From Blastocystis sp. Blastoise (lineage: Eukaryota > Protista > Bigyra: Opalinata): a stretch of DNA of 64,000 nucleotides. This document shows, piece after piece, positions 1 to 12,800 of the stretch. Numbering within the stretch: the stretch's first letter is position 1; the number at the start of each line of letters is the position of its first letter. The stretch lies in NCBI GenBank assembly GCA_039096225.1, contig JBBPEB010000006.1, positions 62,001 through 126,000 on the forward strand, given 5' to 3'. Below the pieces are notes generated by a model, which saw only the letters and a program-made list of their open reading frames with translations, ran no database searches and had not been told where the DNA came from. Made by a program: the position numbers and the translations under genes.

Positions 1-1589
1 TTTTAGATGAGCAAATTGATATATATAAACAGCAACTAAATGATTCTTCATTTATTCAAGAAAACCATGTGAATTATTTGGTTGACTAAGTATATAGATT
101 ACTTTCTATATATGTGTTTTTTATTCTTTATATTGTTATATTAATTATATTTTTTAATTTCCTTTTTAAGTTTTTATTAATTCTATATATAAAAAATTTT
201 TTTTTTAAAGAAAGTTGTGACTAAATATAACTAAAATAATGGTAACAATTAAATAATATATATATAATAAAGATTTTTTTGTGATTATTATGAATTCATT
301 ATTATACTTTTGTTTAATTATTCTGTTTAAAAAAATAGAATAATATTTCTATAGGATTATTGTTCTGACAATGATGTCCTGAATATAGATACCTATAATT
401 ATTTAATAATATACTTTTTTAATAAAATTATTGAAAATAATAATTTTCATCGAACCTATTTGTCTTAATATGAAAAAAAAAATAATTTTTTATAACTTTT
501 ATAGAACTTTATTTGTAGTTTAATTATATAATACTATTTTTATTACTAAAATAATTTCAAAAATAAGTGTCAAAATGAAATAAGAAGTATATAGTTTTAA
601 TTGTTTAATTATTTCTCATATGTATAATATATTATAGTTTCATTTTTTTTCTTAATTTTTAGAATTTGTATATAAAATATATTTATTCTAATGATTTATA
701 AATGTAGATTACAAATAGTTTTTTGAATTGTTCGTAATTAAATTATTAAAATATTTTTTCACAATAAAACATTTATAATATAAATTCTTCATTAAGAATT
801 ATAATATACATGTATGATAAATTAATTCTAATTATTATTATTATTATTAATACCCTTAATTTAGCAGCCCAAAAGTACGGTGTCTCACACATTTTAACTA
901 TTATTGACTTTGTTATTAACATTTATAAAATAAAAAATAATATCATAAAAGCCGGAACACAATTCTGAATATGACCGTTAAAGAAAATTTTTCAAAAACT
1001 CTAAATTTCTGGCTAAAAATCGCAAAAAACCATTTTCGCACAAATTTTTAACCAAAATTATGGGATTATTTTTGTTTTATCCGATATTCTTCATCTTTAT
1101 GAAAACACATATTTTTCGTTTTTCATTTTTTATTGTTTTCTTATTTTTATTATATCTATTCATATACTTTATATTTATTTTTATAAAATTAATTTTTATT
1201 GACGGGTTAATCTTATAAATAGTTTTAACACGTAAATTTTTTATATTAAGAACTTGACAACATATCAATACACAGATCACTAACTATAAACTCTAAAATG
1301 GTTTTATATGTGATAAATATAACCTTGAATACTTTAAAACAACAATGATTCTTTTAAATAACAACAAAAGATAAACTGATACCCAATACATTCCTTTTAA
1401 ATAAACTTATTTTAGTTTATTCAAGTTGTTTAGAATCAATACATGTCATAAGAATGTCTTTTAGTTGTTTAAAATGATTTAATAAGAAAATATCTGACAA
1501 TAGAAATTTTGATGTTTTGATAGTATAGTTTGTTATTCGTCTTTCTCCTTGAGTTCTAGATATTTTTTTTAAATAAAAGTATATTAGTA

Positions 1590-2760
1590 AATAAGACAAG
1601 TTATAGCAGATATATATTTTTCACATTTTTGAAATATTAAATATTAACTGTGAAACATATATTTATATGAAAAACATAAAAATGAAAAATATCTAAAAAG
1701 GGTATATTTTGTTATAGCGATTTCTCAGTCAATATTAAATAAAATAATAAAGTTAAAACGTATTTATAGATTAGACAAGTCATAGCAAATATATATATTT
1801 TTCATTTTTCTGATTAATCGAGAAATCATGTCACAGAAGACAATAGTTGAACTTAATGAACAAAAGACATTTGATATTTTTGTTAAAAATTTTCATTTGT
1901 TTTTTGTTTATACTCTCATCAATAATAATTATATTTGACATTTGACTTTATATTTAATAATTACAAATGAAATTAAACTTATTTTAAAATTCTGTTTCGC
2001 TTATAAAAGACTTTGGCAACAGATCACCAAACATTGTTAACTTAATAAACTCTTAAAATGTGTTAATTAGTGTTTAGATACATTCATAAACAATATACAT
2101 AACTTATTTACAAAAGTTAAGACAACATGTTGAACTGAAACTGACAATGTTTTATTTTATAAAGTTTATTATCAGTCATAATAAGTTCAAAATGTCATAT
2201 ATAAGCTTTAAGTAAATAAATAAGTATTTAAAAGTATTTAATTAGTCAAATAAATGGTTTAAAAAAAGAAAACATTTTTGATACTATGGTTTATTTTGAT
2301 AATTTCTCTATCAATATTAATTTTTAAAAAATGAATAAAACTTATATATAAACTAGACAACCTATAGTTTATATATTTATAAAAATATTATCAAAATATA
2401 AAATAACTTTTGAGATAAAAAATTATATATGCAAAACATAAAAATTATTTTTTTTGAAAAAAGGGTATAGTTTATCGTTTTAATTTCTCAGTCAATATTT
2501 TATTATTTATTATAATTTTAACGAATAAATACAGAAAATAAAACATATTAACAATATAATTTTTAATATTTAAAATTAATAAAAAAATGAGTTCAGTAGA
2601 GTCAATAGTATAACATGTTAAAAAACTGAAAATTAAAAAATCTTTTTTCTAAAAATTTTCCGAAAGTTGACAAATCAAATTCATGTTTTACAATTAATTT
2701 TTATATTTTTGTAAACTAGACTATAACATGTATTGCATATTTAAAAAAATTAATCAAAAA
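1590..2760. repeat. Degenerate dispersed/tandem non-coding repeat, unit ~180 bp
   Basis: The same ordered motifs (tagacaa..tatag..atatatt, aaaacataaaaa, aaaaagggtata, atttctcagtcaatatt) occur at ~1590-1740 and ~2350-2500, with partial copies at ~1770, ~2300 and ~2715. Confidence 0.55.
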
Positions 2761-3117
2761 TAAGTTTGAGGAGTGAGTGACTATATACACGTGTTGGCTC
2801 AAAAATTGTTAAAAAACAGTCAAATATGTCTTTAAGCACTTATTAAGTCTAATGTGTAAATATTACGTCTTAATATCAAATTTAAAGGTTAAAAATATTT
2901 TGAATTGTCTGTTTAACTGTGTTAAGTAAAGAAATTCAATACATTTTTTATAAAAATGAGTATTAGGGTGTATAATGTTTATAATAATAAAAGAATTATT
3001 TGAAATAAAGGTGGTTGGGTGTTTGACCAAAATGTTAAAATGAGTATTTCAGCACTATGGCTGCTCTCAAGTTTTTTTACTCTACTATGGCTGGTATGAA
3101 TTAATCTCGTTTTTACA

Positions 3118-3250
3118 TAAAATACTCAGGGTTTTACCTAAAATACTAGAATTTTCTACTTAAAATACTCAGGGTTTTTCCCACAAAGACACAGCATTTT
3201 TCCTAAATAACTTTGGTTTTTCCTGAAATGTTTAAAAAAAACTCAGGTCT
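3118..3250. repeat. Short degenerate ~21-bp tandem repeat upstream of the CCCH-WD40 gene
   Basis: aaaatactcagggtttt occurs at ~3119 and ~3162, with variants aaaatactagaatttt, aaagacacagcatttt, aaataactttggtttt and aaaaactcaggt. Confidence 0.5.
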
Positions 3251-3297
3251 CTAAAAAGTTTTAAAAATAGCTGTATCTATTTTTCTTTGTTTATTGA

Positions 3298-4538
3298 ATG
3301 GATAGCACACAGAATAATACTCAGTCTGCAATGATAGAACCAAATACAACTATGAATGCTTTACAAACTGCTTCTGCACCAGTTCAAAATCAGCTAGTTG
3401 AATCTAATGTCGCATTAGTAGCAGATCCAAATGCAGATACTTCTATAAAACCTTGTAGTCGTTTTATTGTGGGTAAATGTATATTTTGTGATCTATGCAG
3501 GTATTTAATATTATTTTTATGATTATAATATTTTTAAGAAATTTTTTTTTATTTACTATTGTTATTATTTTTATTATTATTATTTTGTATTATATATATA
3601 TTTTAATTGTTTAAAATATATATATATATAGATTTCGACATACTTATACACAAGATGAATTAAATTTTTTTCAACAGAATAATACATTTCATGGTTATAA
3701 AGCAAATCGTTCAACAGCATCAACAATATCTAATGTATCAGCTGTTCCTGTTACTACCAGTAATAATAATACTATGAATAATAATAATATGAATAATATG
3801 AATAATAATAATATGAATAATATGAATAATAATAATATTGTTCCTAATACAATTGTTCCTAATACTATTGTTGCTTCACTCCCTATTGTAAATGATGGTA
3901 TCAAGCAATGTTTACATTTCGAAGGAGAGAAACAAATTCACGATAGTTCTATTAATTGTGTTTGCTATTGTCCTGATATGAATTGCTTTCTAACAACATC
4001 TCTAGGTAGTATCAAAGTATATTTATATTTACTGTTATTAGGTTTATAATTATTATTCTAATTCTATTATTATATTTATATTATTATATTTGTTATTATA
4101 ATAATTATAATTATAATAATTATTATTATGTTTATATTTATTATTATTATATACATAGATGCATACAACATCATTAGACTATCAAAGCCATTTTATTATA
4201 GACGGTGAAGTTATTCATTACGATTATTATGTATATTATTATTATTGTTATTATATTTATATTTATATTTATTATTATTATTATTATTCTACTGTTTTTA
4301 ATATATAGTGTAAGTTATTTGTAGCAATTGTTTTTGATAAATATCGAAATGATTTTTATATCTATTCAGTTTTTTTGGAAAATGGTTCTACCAGTTGTAT
4401 GAGAAATGTATATATGTAACTACATATATATATATATATGATTATAACTATATATTTATAGCTTTCTTATCATCCAAAAGGTATTAATATTATTCCTTAT
4501 AATGGACAACCAGCTTTTATTATTTCTGATAAAACAGG

Positions 4539-4572
<34 letters not shown>

Positions 4573-5033
4573 ATTATAGGAAATGTTGTACTATATACTT
4601 ATAATAGTACTTCAAAATTATTTGAAGAGAAAGAAAGATTAGCGGCATTAAAAACTGATCTTATGTGCCAAAGTTTATGTAATGATATGTATATATATAA
4701 TAATAATAATATTTATAATGGTAATTGAATATTATTATTATTATTATTATATATATATAGGTTATTCTTAGGATGTGTTGATGGAACTCTTATACGTAAA
4801 CAATTAGGTGGATTAGGAGAAAAACTCAAAATCGCTTCAGGCATACCCATTGTTGTATATATATATATATATAAATTATATTATATATACAGAAGTTATT
4901 CTCAATATATATATAGGATATTATAATATTAAATAGAACTACTGGCAACGATACTGTTATTGTTCTTAATGATGAAAAAATTCAATGTGCTAATTTAGAT
5001 ACAACATTGCTCAATGGTTCTAACTCTCTCGTA

Positions 5034-5110
<77 letters not shown>

Positions 5111-5487
5111 TTATTTATTTATTTGTTTATTTATTATTTTATCTAATTTTTTTATTATTATTATTATATATATATATAAATATAAATATAGAATGGAAAG
5201 TTTTTATGTCATGCTCTAATTTCCCGTGGGGAAAAGAATTTTGTATTAATATCTTCAAAGACTCGAGAAGGAAACTGTTCATTATTATTATTTGATACAC
5301 CTTCATTGAAGTTATTACAAGAAATTCCTCTCACGTATGATGTCACATGTTTATGTAGCTATACTATAGATGGAAGTATATATATATATATATGTATATT
5401 ATTAATCATTATTATATATATATAGAAATAAGTGTATATGCGGGAACAGATAGTGGTTTTATTCAAGAATATTCCTTTACTGAATAA
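3298..5487 (+). CDS. CCCH zinc finger plus WD40-like beta-propeller protein (multi-exon)
   Basis: Splicing across the first intron (~3501-3631) gives KPCSRFIVGKCIFCDLCRFRH (C-x7-C-x5-C-x3-H). An N/M low-complexity linker follows, then WD-like strands (IHDSSINCVCY...FLTTSLGSIK, LFLGCVDGTL, VYAGTDSGFIQEYSF). Stop TAA ends at 5487. Confidence 0.7.
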
Positions 5488-6143
5488 TATTATATATTGA
5501 ATAATATATTCATTATTTTTAAACTAATACAATTTTTATTTATATATCTATTTTTGTTACTTCTGTATTTCTTTTTTATTTTGTAAAAAAAAATGTGTAA
5601 AAAGAATAATAAAATTAGCTTCGTTTTTATTTTTGAATATAAAACCAATGATAAAAAAAAACAAAAAAATGTGAATAATAAAAAAAGAGCTGTAATATTA
5701 AATATAAATATAATATTATAAAAAATAATACATATTATATAAACAAATATATATAATACTTGTATTACAATTTAATGAATAAGATTGAATTGAAATAAAT
5801 TATGAAATTAAAGAATAATAAGTATATAAGTACAAATACAAAATACAAATAATATCAAAAAATAAAAGAAAAATTTTGTTTTAAAACACAAATGAATATA
5901 TACATATATATATATATTAATATTGAGTACATTAAAAAACATAAGAGAGTAACATTGTAGATAAAAAAACATTCTTAAAATAAGAAATAATAATAAAAAT
6001 TAAGATTATAAAAAATATTATAGCAATAAATGTATATATATATATTGAGATAGATATATATATATAGAAATAGATATAATTATAATAGTATTATATATAA
6101 TATATATAGATAATAATTAATAGATATAAAAATAAAATATTTA

Positions 6144-9040
6144 TTATAAACATTTTGATTGGAATATATCTGTATATATAAATGATGAATTAAATGCTGA
6201 TCGATGTATTTCTTGTAATAATGAAGAAGGTATATATAAATCGGATAATTTTATAAAAATATCATTCATTTTATTTAATATTGTATATATAGACTTTATG
6301 CTAGTCATTGATATATTTAATGACCTATATATATATATATAGTGTTTATATATAAATATACTTTATAGAGATAGTAGGTGTTGAAGAATATAATAATTGT
6401 GTATTAGTATCTATATTCTCATTTTGAATAAATGTCTATATATATTGTTATAAATATTAAAATATTGTTTTAAAAAAATAAATATAAATATAAATATATA
6501 CACTTTCACGATAACCATCTTTCATTACTTTATTAAAATGATTTATACATAAGAAACTACTTAAAGAAGTATATTTATATTGATCTTTAAATATATGTAT
6601 ATTATCCTTATGACATCTCTTTGAAATAAATCCATAACCAAATATTGGAGTACTAGGAACAAATGGCCGAGGAGCATAGGACTCGGTGAAATTCCATACT
6701 ATATATATATATAATAATTTTAATTATAATAATTATAATAAATATATAATAATTATAATAAATATATAATAATTATAATAAATATATAATAAATAAAATA
6801 TATAATAAATATAATATATATAAAAGAAACATAATATATATATAATAAATATATAATAAATATAATAAATATAATAAGTATATAATAAATATAAAATAAA
6901 TATAATATATAATAATAACAATAATAAAATAATAATAATAATAACTATATATATACAAGTTTCATTAAAACTGTTCTGTTTATCTATAAATACCTTATTA
7001 TGTAAAGTATATTCAACACCATATTTAAGATATTGTTCTTCCTGTCTACTTATAGTATCCAATAATAAAAACTGAGGTAAAATCAATATACGATTTAATT
7101 TCTTACTTAATATAGACATTAAAAGCAATAAATCTCTTTGATTATCTATAATAATAAAAATTATAATTTATATCATAATGTGTATTATATATTTTCAATA
7201 TAACATATAATTATACTAAAATTATAATGAAAATAATTAAAAAATGAAATTATATATATATATATACGATAATCATAGTCATTTAAACGTAAATTAAATG
7301 TAATATATTTCTGATAATTAGTATTATAATATTGTTGCTTATTATATGTATATATGCCTAATTCTTTCATTCTATAGATCTTTCCTTCATAACCATATAT
7401 CCAATTATTATGTATCATTATACATGTTTTACCTATATATATATTTTTTTTATTATTATTATTAAATAATAATTTATTTTATTAATATATAATATTATCA
7501 ATAATAAAAACTATATATACATATATATACATTGAGTAACATTAAATGTATATTGATTTGAATAAAAGAAAGTTCTACCATCTTGAAATCTCCATAAATC
7601 TAATTCTTCCCATTTATAATTATTAGTTGTGTACAATATATTCTTTAAAACTAAATTAATAGCTAATTGATCATCACAATGATTTTCATTCATTGTTTTT
7701 ATTACTCTTGTTAAAAACTTAATAGATTTACGAACTGGCTTTAAATAACTATATATTTAATATATTATTATTATTATTATAATTCTTATTTATATATATA
7801 ATCATTCTTTATGTAGTAAATATGTAATATATAATAATAATAATAAAAATTAATAAAATTAATAATAAAAAAATTAATAATAAAATTAATAATATAATAA
7901 ACTAATAACAAATAATTAAATAATTATATAAATAATATAATTAAATTAATAATAAAATAAATTAATAATAAAATTAATAATAAAATAAACTAATAATAAA
8001 TGAATATAACTATATATAATTACATACAAGAATCCTCCATTAACACTTCTATACGGTAAATCCTCTTCAACGGACAAACTTGCATTATAAGTATGATTAA
8101 AATAATGAAAAGGATTATCTAATAATAATATATCAACATCACAATTTAATATAGAATAACCTTTAGTTAAAAATCCTATCATTGTATTTAATCTATTTTC
8201 CATTATTTTATTTAATGTTTTACTACCATATTTTATATGATTATCATCAGATATTATTTCTGAACTTATCATCACATTTATTCCTTGAGTTCTTAATATC
8301 TATTTATATATATAATAAGAAATAATATATAAATATATATATAATTAATAAAATAATAAATATCAGCGAACAATAATAAGAAAAAAGCAATAATAATACA
8401 AAAAAACAAAAAAAAAAACATACCTCAAAAATTTCAAGGTCTCCACAAACATAAATATAATTAGTAATATTATTTTTGAGAATACTAAATTCATAAAACA
8501 TTAAAGAAAAATCGATATATCCTTTTGTTACGAAAAGAAGCATGACTTCATTATTTGTAGCTACAGAATCAAGTTGGGATTTCGATGAAAAATCAATTGT
8601 ACTGTTCCTTTCTGGATTTATTAAGTGACTATTCGCAAAACTATAAGTATCTAACAAATATATTAAAAAGATGATGTAAAAATATTTACTATTTGATTTG
8701 AATTCGAATGAACTTGAATTTTTAGTGTTATAAATGACATTTGCTGATGAACTAAACGGATCTAAATATTTATTGTGTATCAAAAGATTTTTTGAAAAAC
8801 CAGAACGAGATATTTCGAAACTATATGTATAATATTTTTGTAGAAAAGTGATATTTAACTATTGAAATTACCTTGTGGGTATATAATCTTTCCTTGAGAA
8901 AAAGACACACATTGATAAGAAAATAAATAACGCAGTAAACTATAATTAATGGAAGAAACATATACATATGATCTTAAGATAAATACCACTGATGTGCAAC
9001 AAAGCATTATGACGAATGAACCCAATGTTTCAAATTTCAT
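6144..9040 (-). CDS. Type II membrane nucleotide-diphospho-sugar transferase (GT77 / Nucleotid_trans-like), multi-exon
   Basis: N-terminal hydrophobic anchor (LGSFVIMLCCTSVVFIL), DxD motif NCDVDILLLDNPF, NGGFLY, DDQLAIN, HNNWIYGYEGKIYRMKELG, and downstream RILILPQF. Last exon ends ...IFQSKCL*. Confidence 0.8.
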
Positions 9041-9865
9041 TTATATAGGATAGGCCAAATTAAAGAAAGAAAGCTTAAAAAATTGCATCAAGTATCGACA
9101 ATTCCGTTATTCACCCACGGTTTTTCACATTCTTGAGTAGCGACTTACAAAAAAACCGTTAATCTCTTTCATGGATTTTTTGTAAGTCTCTAATTAAGTT
9201 AAAAGTTATGGAGAATCGTTGTACAATTATGGGAAAAGACGATTCTATTCTTTTCTTCATTTTTTAATCTAATAAGATAAATTATAAAGTACTAAATGAC
9301 TTTAAAGTAAACTATAAAATGTATAGATGCTATATTATATATATGATTAAGATTTATGATAATCATCAAGTTTTCATAGCAATAATTATCACTAAAATAG
9401 ATCAATTGACTTCAAATAATATGTAAAATGTTTTAAATAATATAACGAATCAAAAATAATTCAACAAAACAAGCAATTAAAAAGTAAAATTGACTCAAAA
9501 GACTTTTCTCCTATTTAACTAATACAATACTATTTAATCTATCACATAAACTTTTATATACTCATCACAATACTCATATAACTAAAATATTAAATGAATT
9601 ATTTCAAAATTAAATTAATTATTTATCAAATCCACATAATAAGCAACAAATAACAGAATCATTCAAATATAAAACCTTCTAACACTACAAATTTCATACA
9701 ATCTTCACAACAATGAAGAAATCAAAGAAAAATCAAACAAACACATTTTAAACAACACAAACCATTTTTCACTGAGATTCTAACAAATAATTAAGAGAAT
9801 CTTCTTGTTTTCAAAACACTTTTGTTTCTTTCTGATACTTCATCCTATAATTCATATTTAATTAA

Positions 9866-12800
9866 ATGAGAATATTTTATCTACTCTTATTCATCTATAC
9901 TACATGTTTAGCAGCTAATTCTGAAAAAACACTAGGTAATTTATTTCAATTCTCTTAATTCCATAATATTCCACATAATTGAATAGGTAAATCAAGAGAA
10001 TTGCCTGCACAAGACTGTATGATAAAACAAGGAGGTGATTATTATTTTGATTCTGAGTATGTTTGGATAGGAAAAGATCGTAATGAAGTTTATCTTGTAT
10101 GTAATGATATATAAATTGAATTCTATAATCATTTATAAATTTATTTAGACTTATTGTTATCATTTTCAAGGTCAAATGTGGGAAATGTTTTATTCGAATT
10201 CCAATAATGACTTTATAACAGATAAACGAAGTTATATAGAACATATATCGGATCCTACAGGATTTAAGAACATAGAGAATAATTCATTCAGAGATTACGA
10301 CGTAATTGGTATGATTTTTATAATTTATTTATTTCTATAAATATGAAATTTATGATTCTTATCATTATTTCTATCTATAAAAATAAATATAAATTAAAAT
10401 ATTTCTATAGGTTCCCTTCCTATTTCGTTATTGCCAGGAACCTCGTTAAAGTTGTTAATATTGAATATAAATGGTTGGTCTGATGATGAATATTTCATAA
10501 TGACTTTTCAAAAGTATTCTACATTTAATGAATTCATAACAAATCAATGGCCTTATGATTCTTGTCAATCACTTCCTGGAGGTGAATATATTGAAATACA
10601 AACAAAATCAGTTACTTATAAGTATATATATTATTATTATTATTATTAATATATATAGAGTATATGCGTTATATGTTGATGAGAAAGGATTTGGTATTCG
10701 TGATTGTATTATTCATTATACAGATAATTTTATTACAAAACAACCTTCAAATTATCCAAAGTATATATTTTTTTATATTTATTATTATTATATTATATAT
10801 AGATATATATATTCAAATTTATATTCAAAAGAAGATAGAGTAGAAACAGTATGTGATAAAGTGAATGATTATGCTGATAATAATATTCGAATTTTTGTTG
10901 CTATTTCTCGTATATATTTATATATAATTAATGAATATAATTCTTTATAGCTATAATATATACAATGAGTACCTATTATGATTATACTGCTGCAGGAGAT
11001 GGATGTTGTTTCGTAGAGGATATTACTGATGATTTCCATAATAATGAAGTGATTTCTCGATTATGCTGTTTAGATCCCCAAGGGAATACTGACTTTCAGA
11101 AATGGGGAAGTTCTAAAGAAACTGGATTCGTTGAATCAGAACTCAATGATTATGATCTTCCTGTGTATATATATATATATATAATATTTTTTTTTATTCT
11201 TCTTTTTTATAGTGCATCTATGAATTCTACATATTCTACCTTCAATACATGGTTTACAGAAAGTAATAATTCTTATTCTTTCTCTTTTCCTCTTATTGGT
11301 ATTATGGGTACCAAAAACCTTCTTACTCTCAACTAGTATATATATATATATATATTCTATATATATTCTATATCTTCTAGTCCTACTTATTTTCCTTTAA
11401 CAGATGTAAAAGGAGGATATTCATTAAGTCCAATAGAAGAATATATTGGTAAGAAATGTTGGTTTACTATGAAAACAAATCTATTCTTCTTGTATATTAT
11501 TATTATTTTATATTTATATAATATTATTATTATATATATAGATATGAGAATAGAACAGATCAATTTATAGATTTTGAAACCAATAATGGATTATGGGTGT
11601 TTATTAATAAACATTTATTCTTAGATTATGGAGGGTATATATATATATTAAATATTATTTATTATTATTATTTATATAGTTATAATACTCCAGTTGGTTC
11701 TCATATTAATATAACGAATTATGCAGATAAATTAGGTCTTATTCCTGGAATCACCTATTCTATATCTATATTCTTTGCTTCTAGAACATGTGGAACTCAA
11801 TCAAGTATATATAATAACAAAAATATTATTATTATATAGATTCTATATCTCGTTTTATAACTCAAACGAATTTGACATTTCTCTGTGATGCTCCTCTTCT
11901 CTCTAAAGTAGTTTCTATGATTATTGACAAAGAAGATACTACAACTATGCCAAATATGAATAGTAGTATTAATCTCTCTGGAAATAGTTATAGTAGTACT
12001 TTAAACAGTGAAGGAGAAAATCCTTATTATTGTACAAGAGATTTCCAAAATATTCTTATTCAACAACAAGTATATTTATTAGTATTATTATTACTAATAT
12101 ATATATTTAGACTATATCTCTTAATAAAACATCAATATTTGGATATCATATTTATATGTATGAAATACTTCAATTTAAATCAAATATCTATTTAGGTATA
12201 TATATACTAAATATATATTATATATATATAGAATCCATATCTCCATTTTGTATTCTTCTTCATCCTTATATACAATACTCTTCTTCTACTCCTGTAATAA
12301 ACCCTGATATTCCTTATAATAATATACTTCAATCTCGATGTTTCTCTCAAACTAATTCTTATATATTCTTCTTTAATGAAAATAGTATATAAATATATAA
12401 TAATATTAATAATAATAAATATATAGTTCTTCAAGTATATTTACCTGGTGATACTCCTCCTACAATGAAATCTCCTTCTATAATCACTTCAGTATCCTAT
12501 TCCTTCTATAATAATGGACAATTAACTCTACAGTTGATCTCTAGATATAATCAACTTCATCTCTATCTCTCTAATAAACATACTCTCAATATCAATCTTG
12601 TATTATTCTATATATTATTATTATTATTATTATATTTATAGGATTCTGTCTCTCATCTATCATCAGGATATTATTTAGAAATTATTTCACCAGAAAATGT
12701 ATATATTAATTATAATAATAATATAATTATATTGAATAGGGTATCGAATTGATATCTCCTACAGTATCAACGATTCCTTTGACTTCTACTACTATTACTC

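Noticed and set aside
851-2975. Possible terminal inverted repeat (tacccttaat ... tattagggtgta) delimiting a 2.1-kb transposon
   Set aside because: The match is too short and imperfect for this base composition.
5007-5295. ORFs with YIYIYI or poly-I/L/Y tracts (also 26582-26960, 32406-32825, 44070-46464, 56176-56478, 59354-59749)
   Set aside because: These are translations of (TA)n/(TAT)n introns, which lack stops in some frames. They are not proteins.
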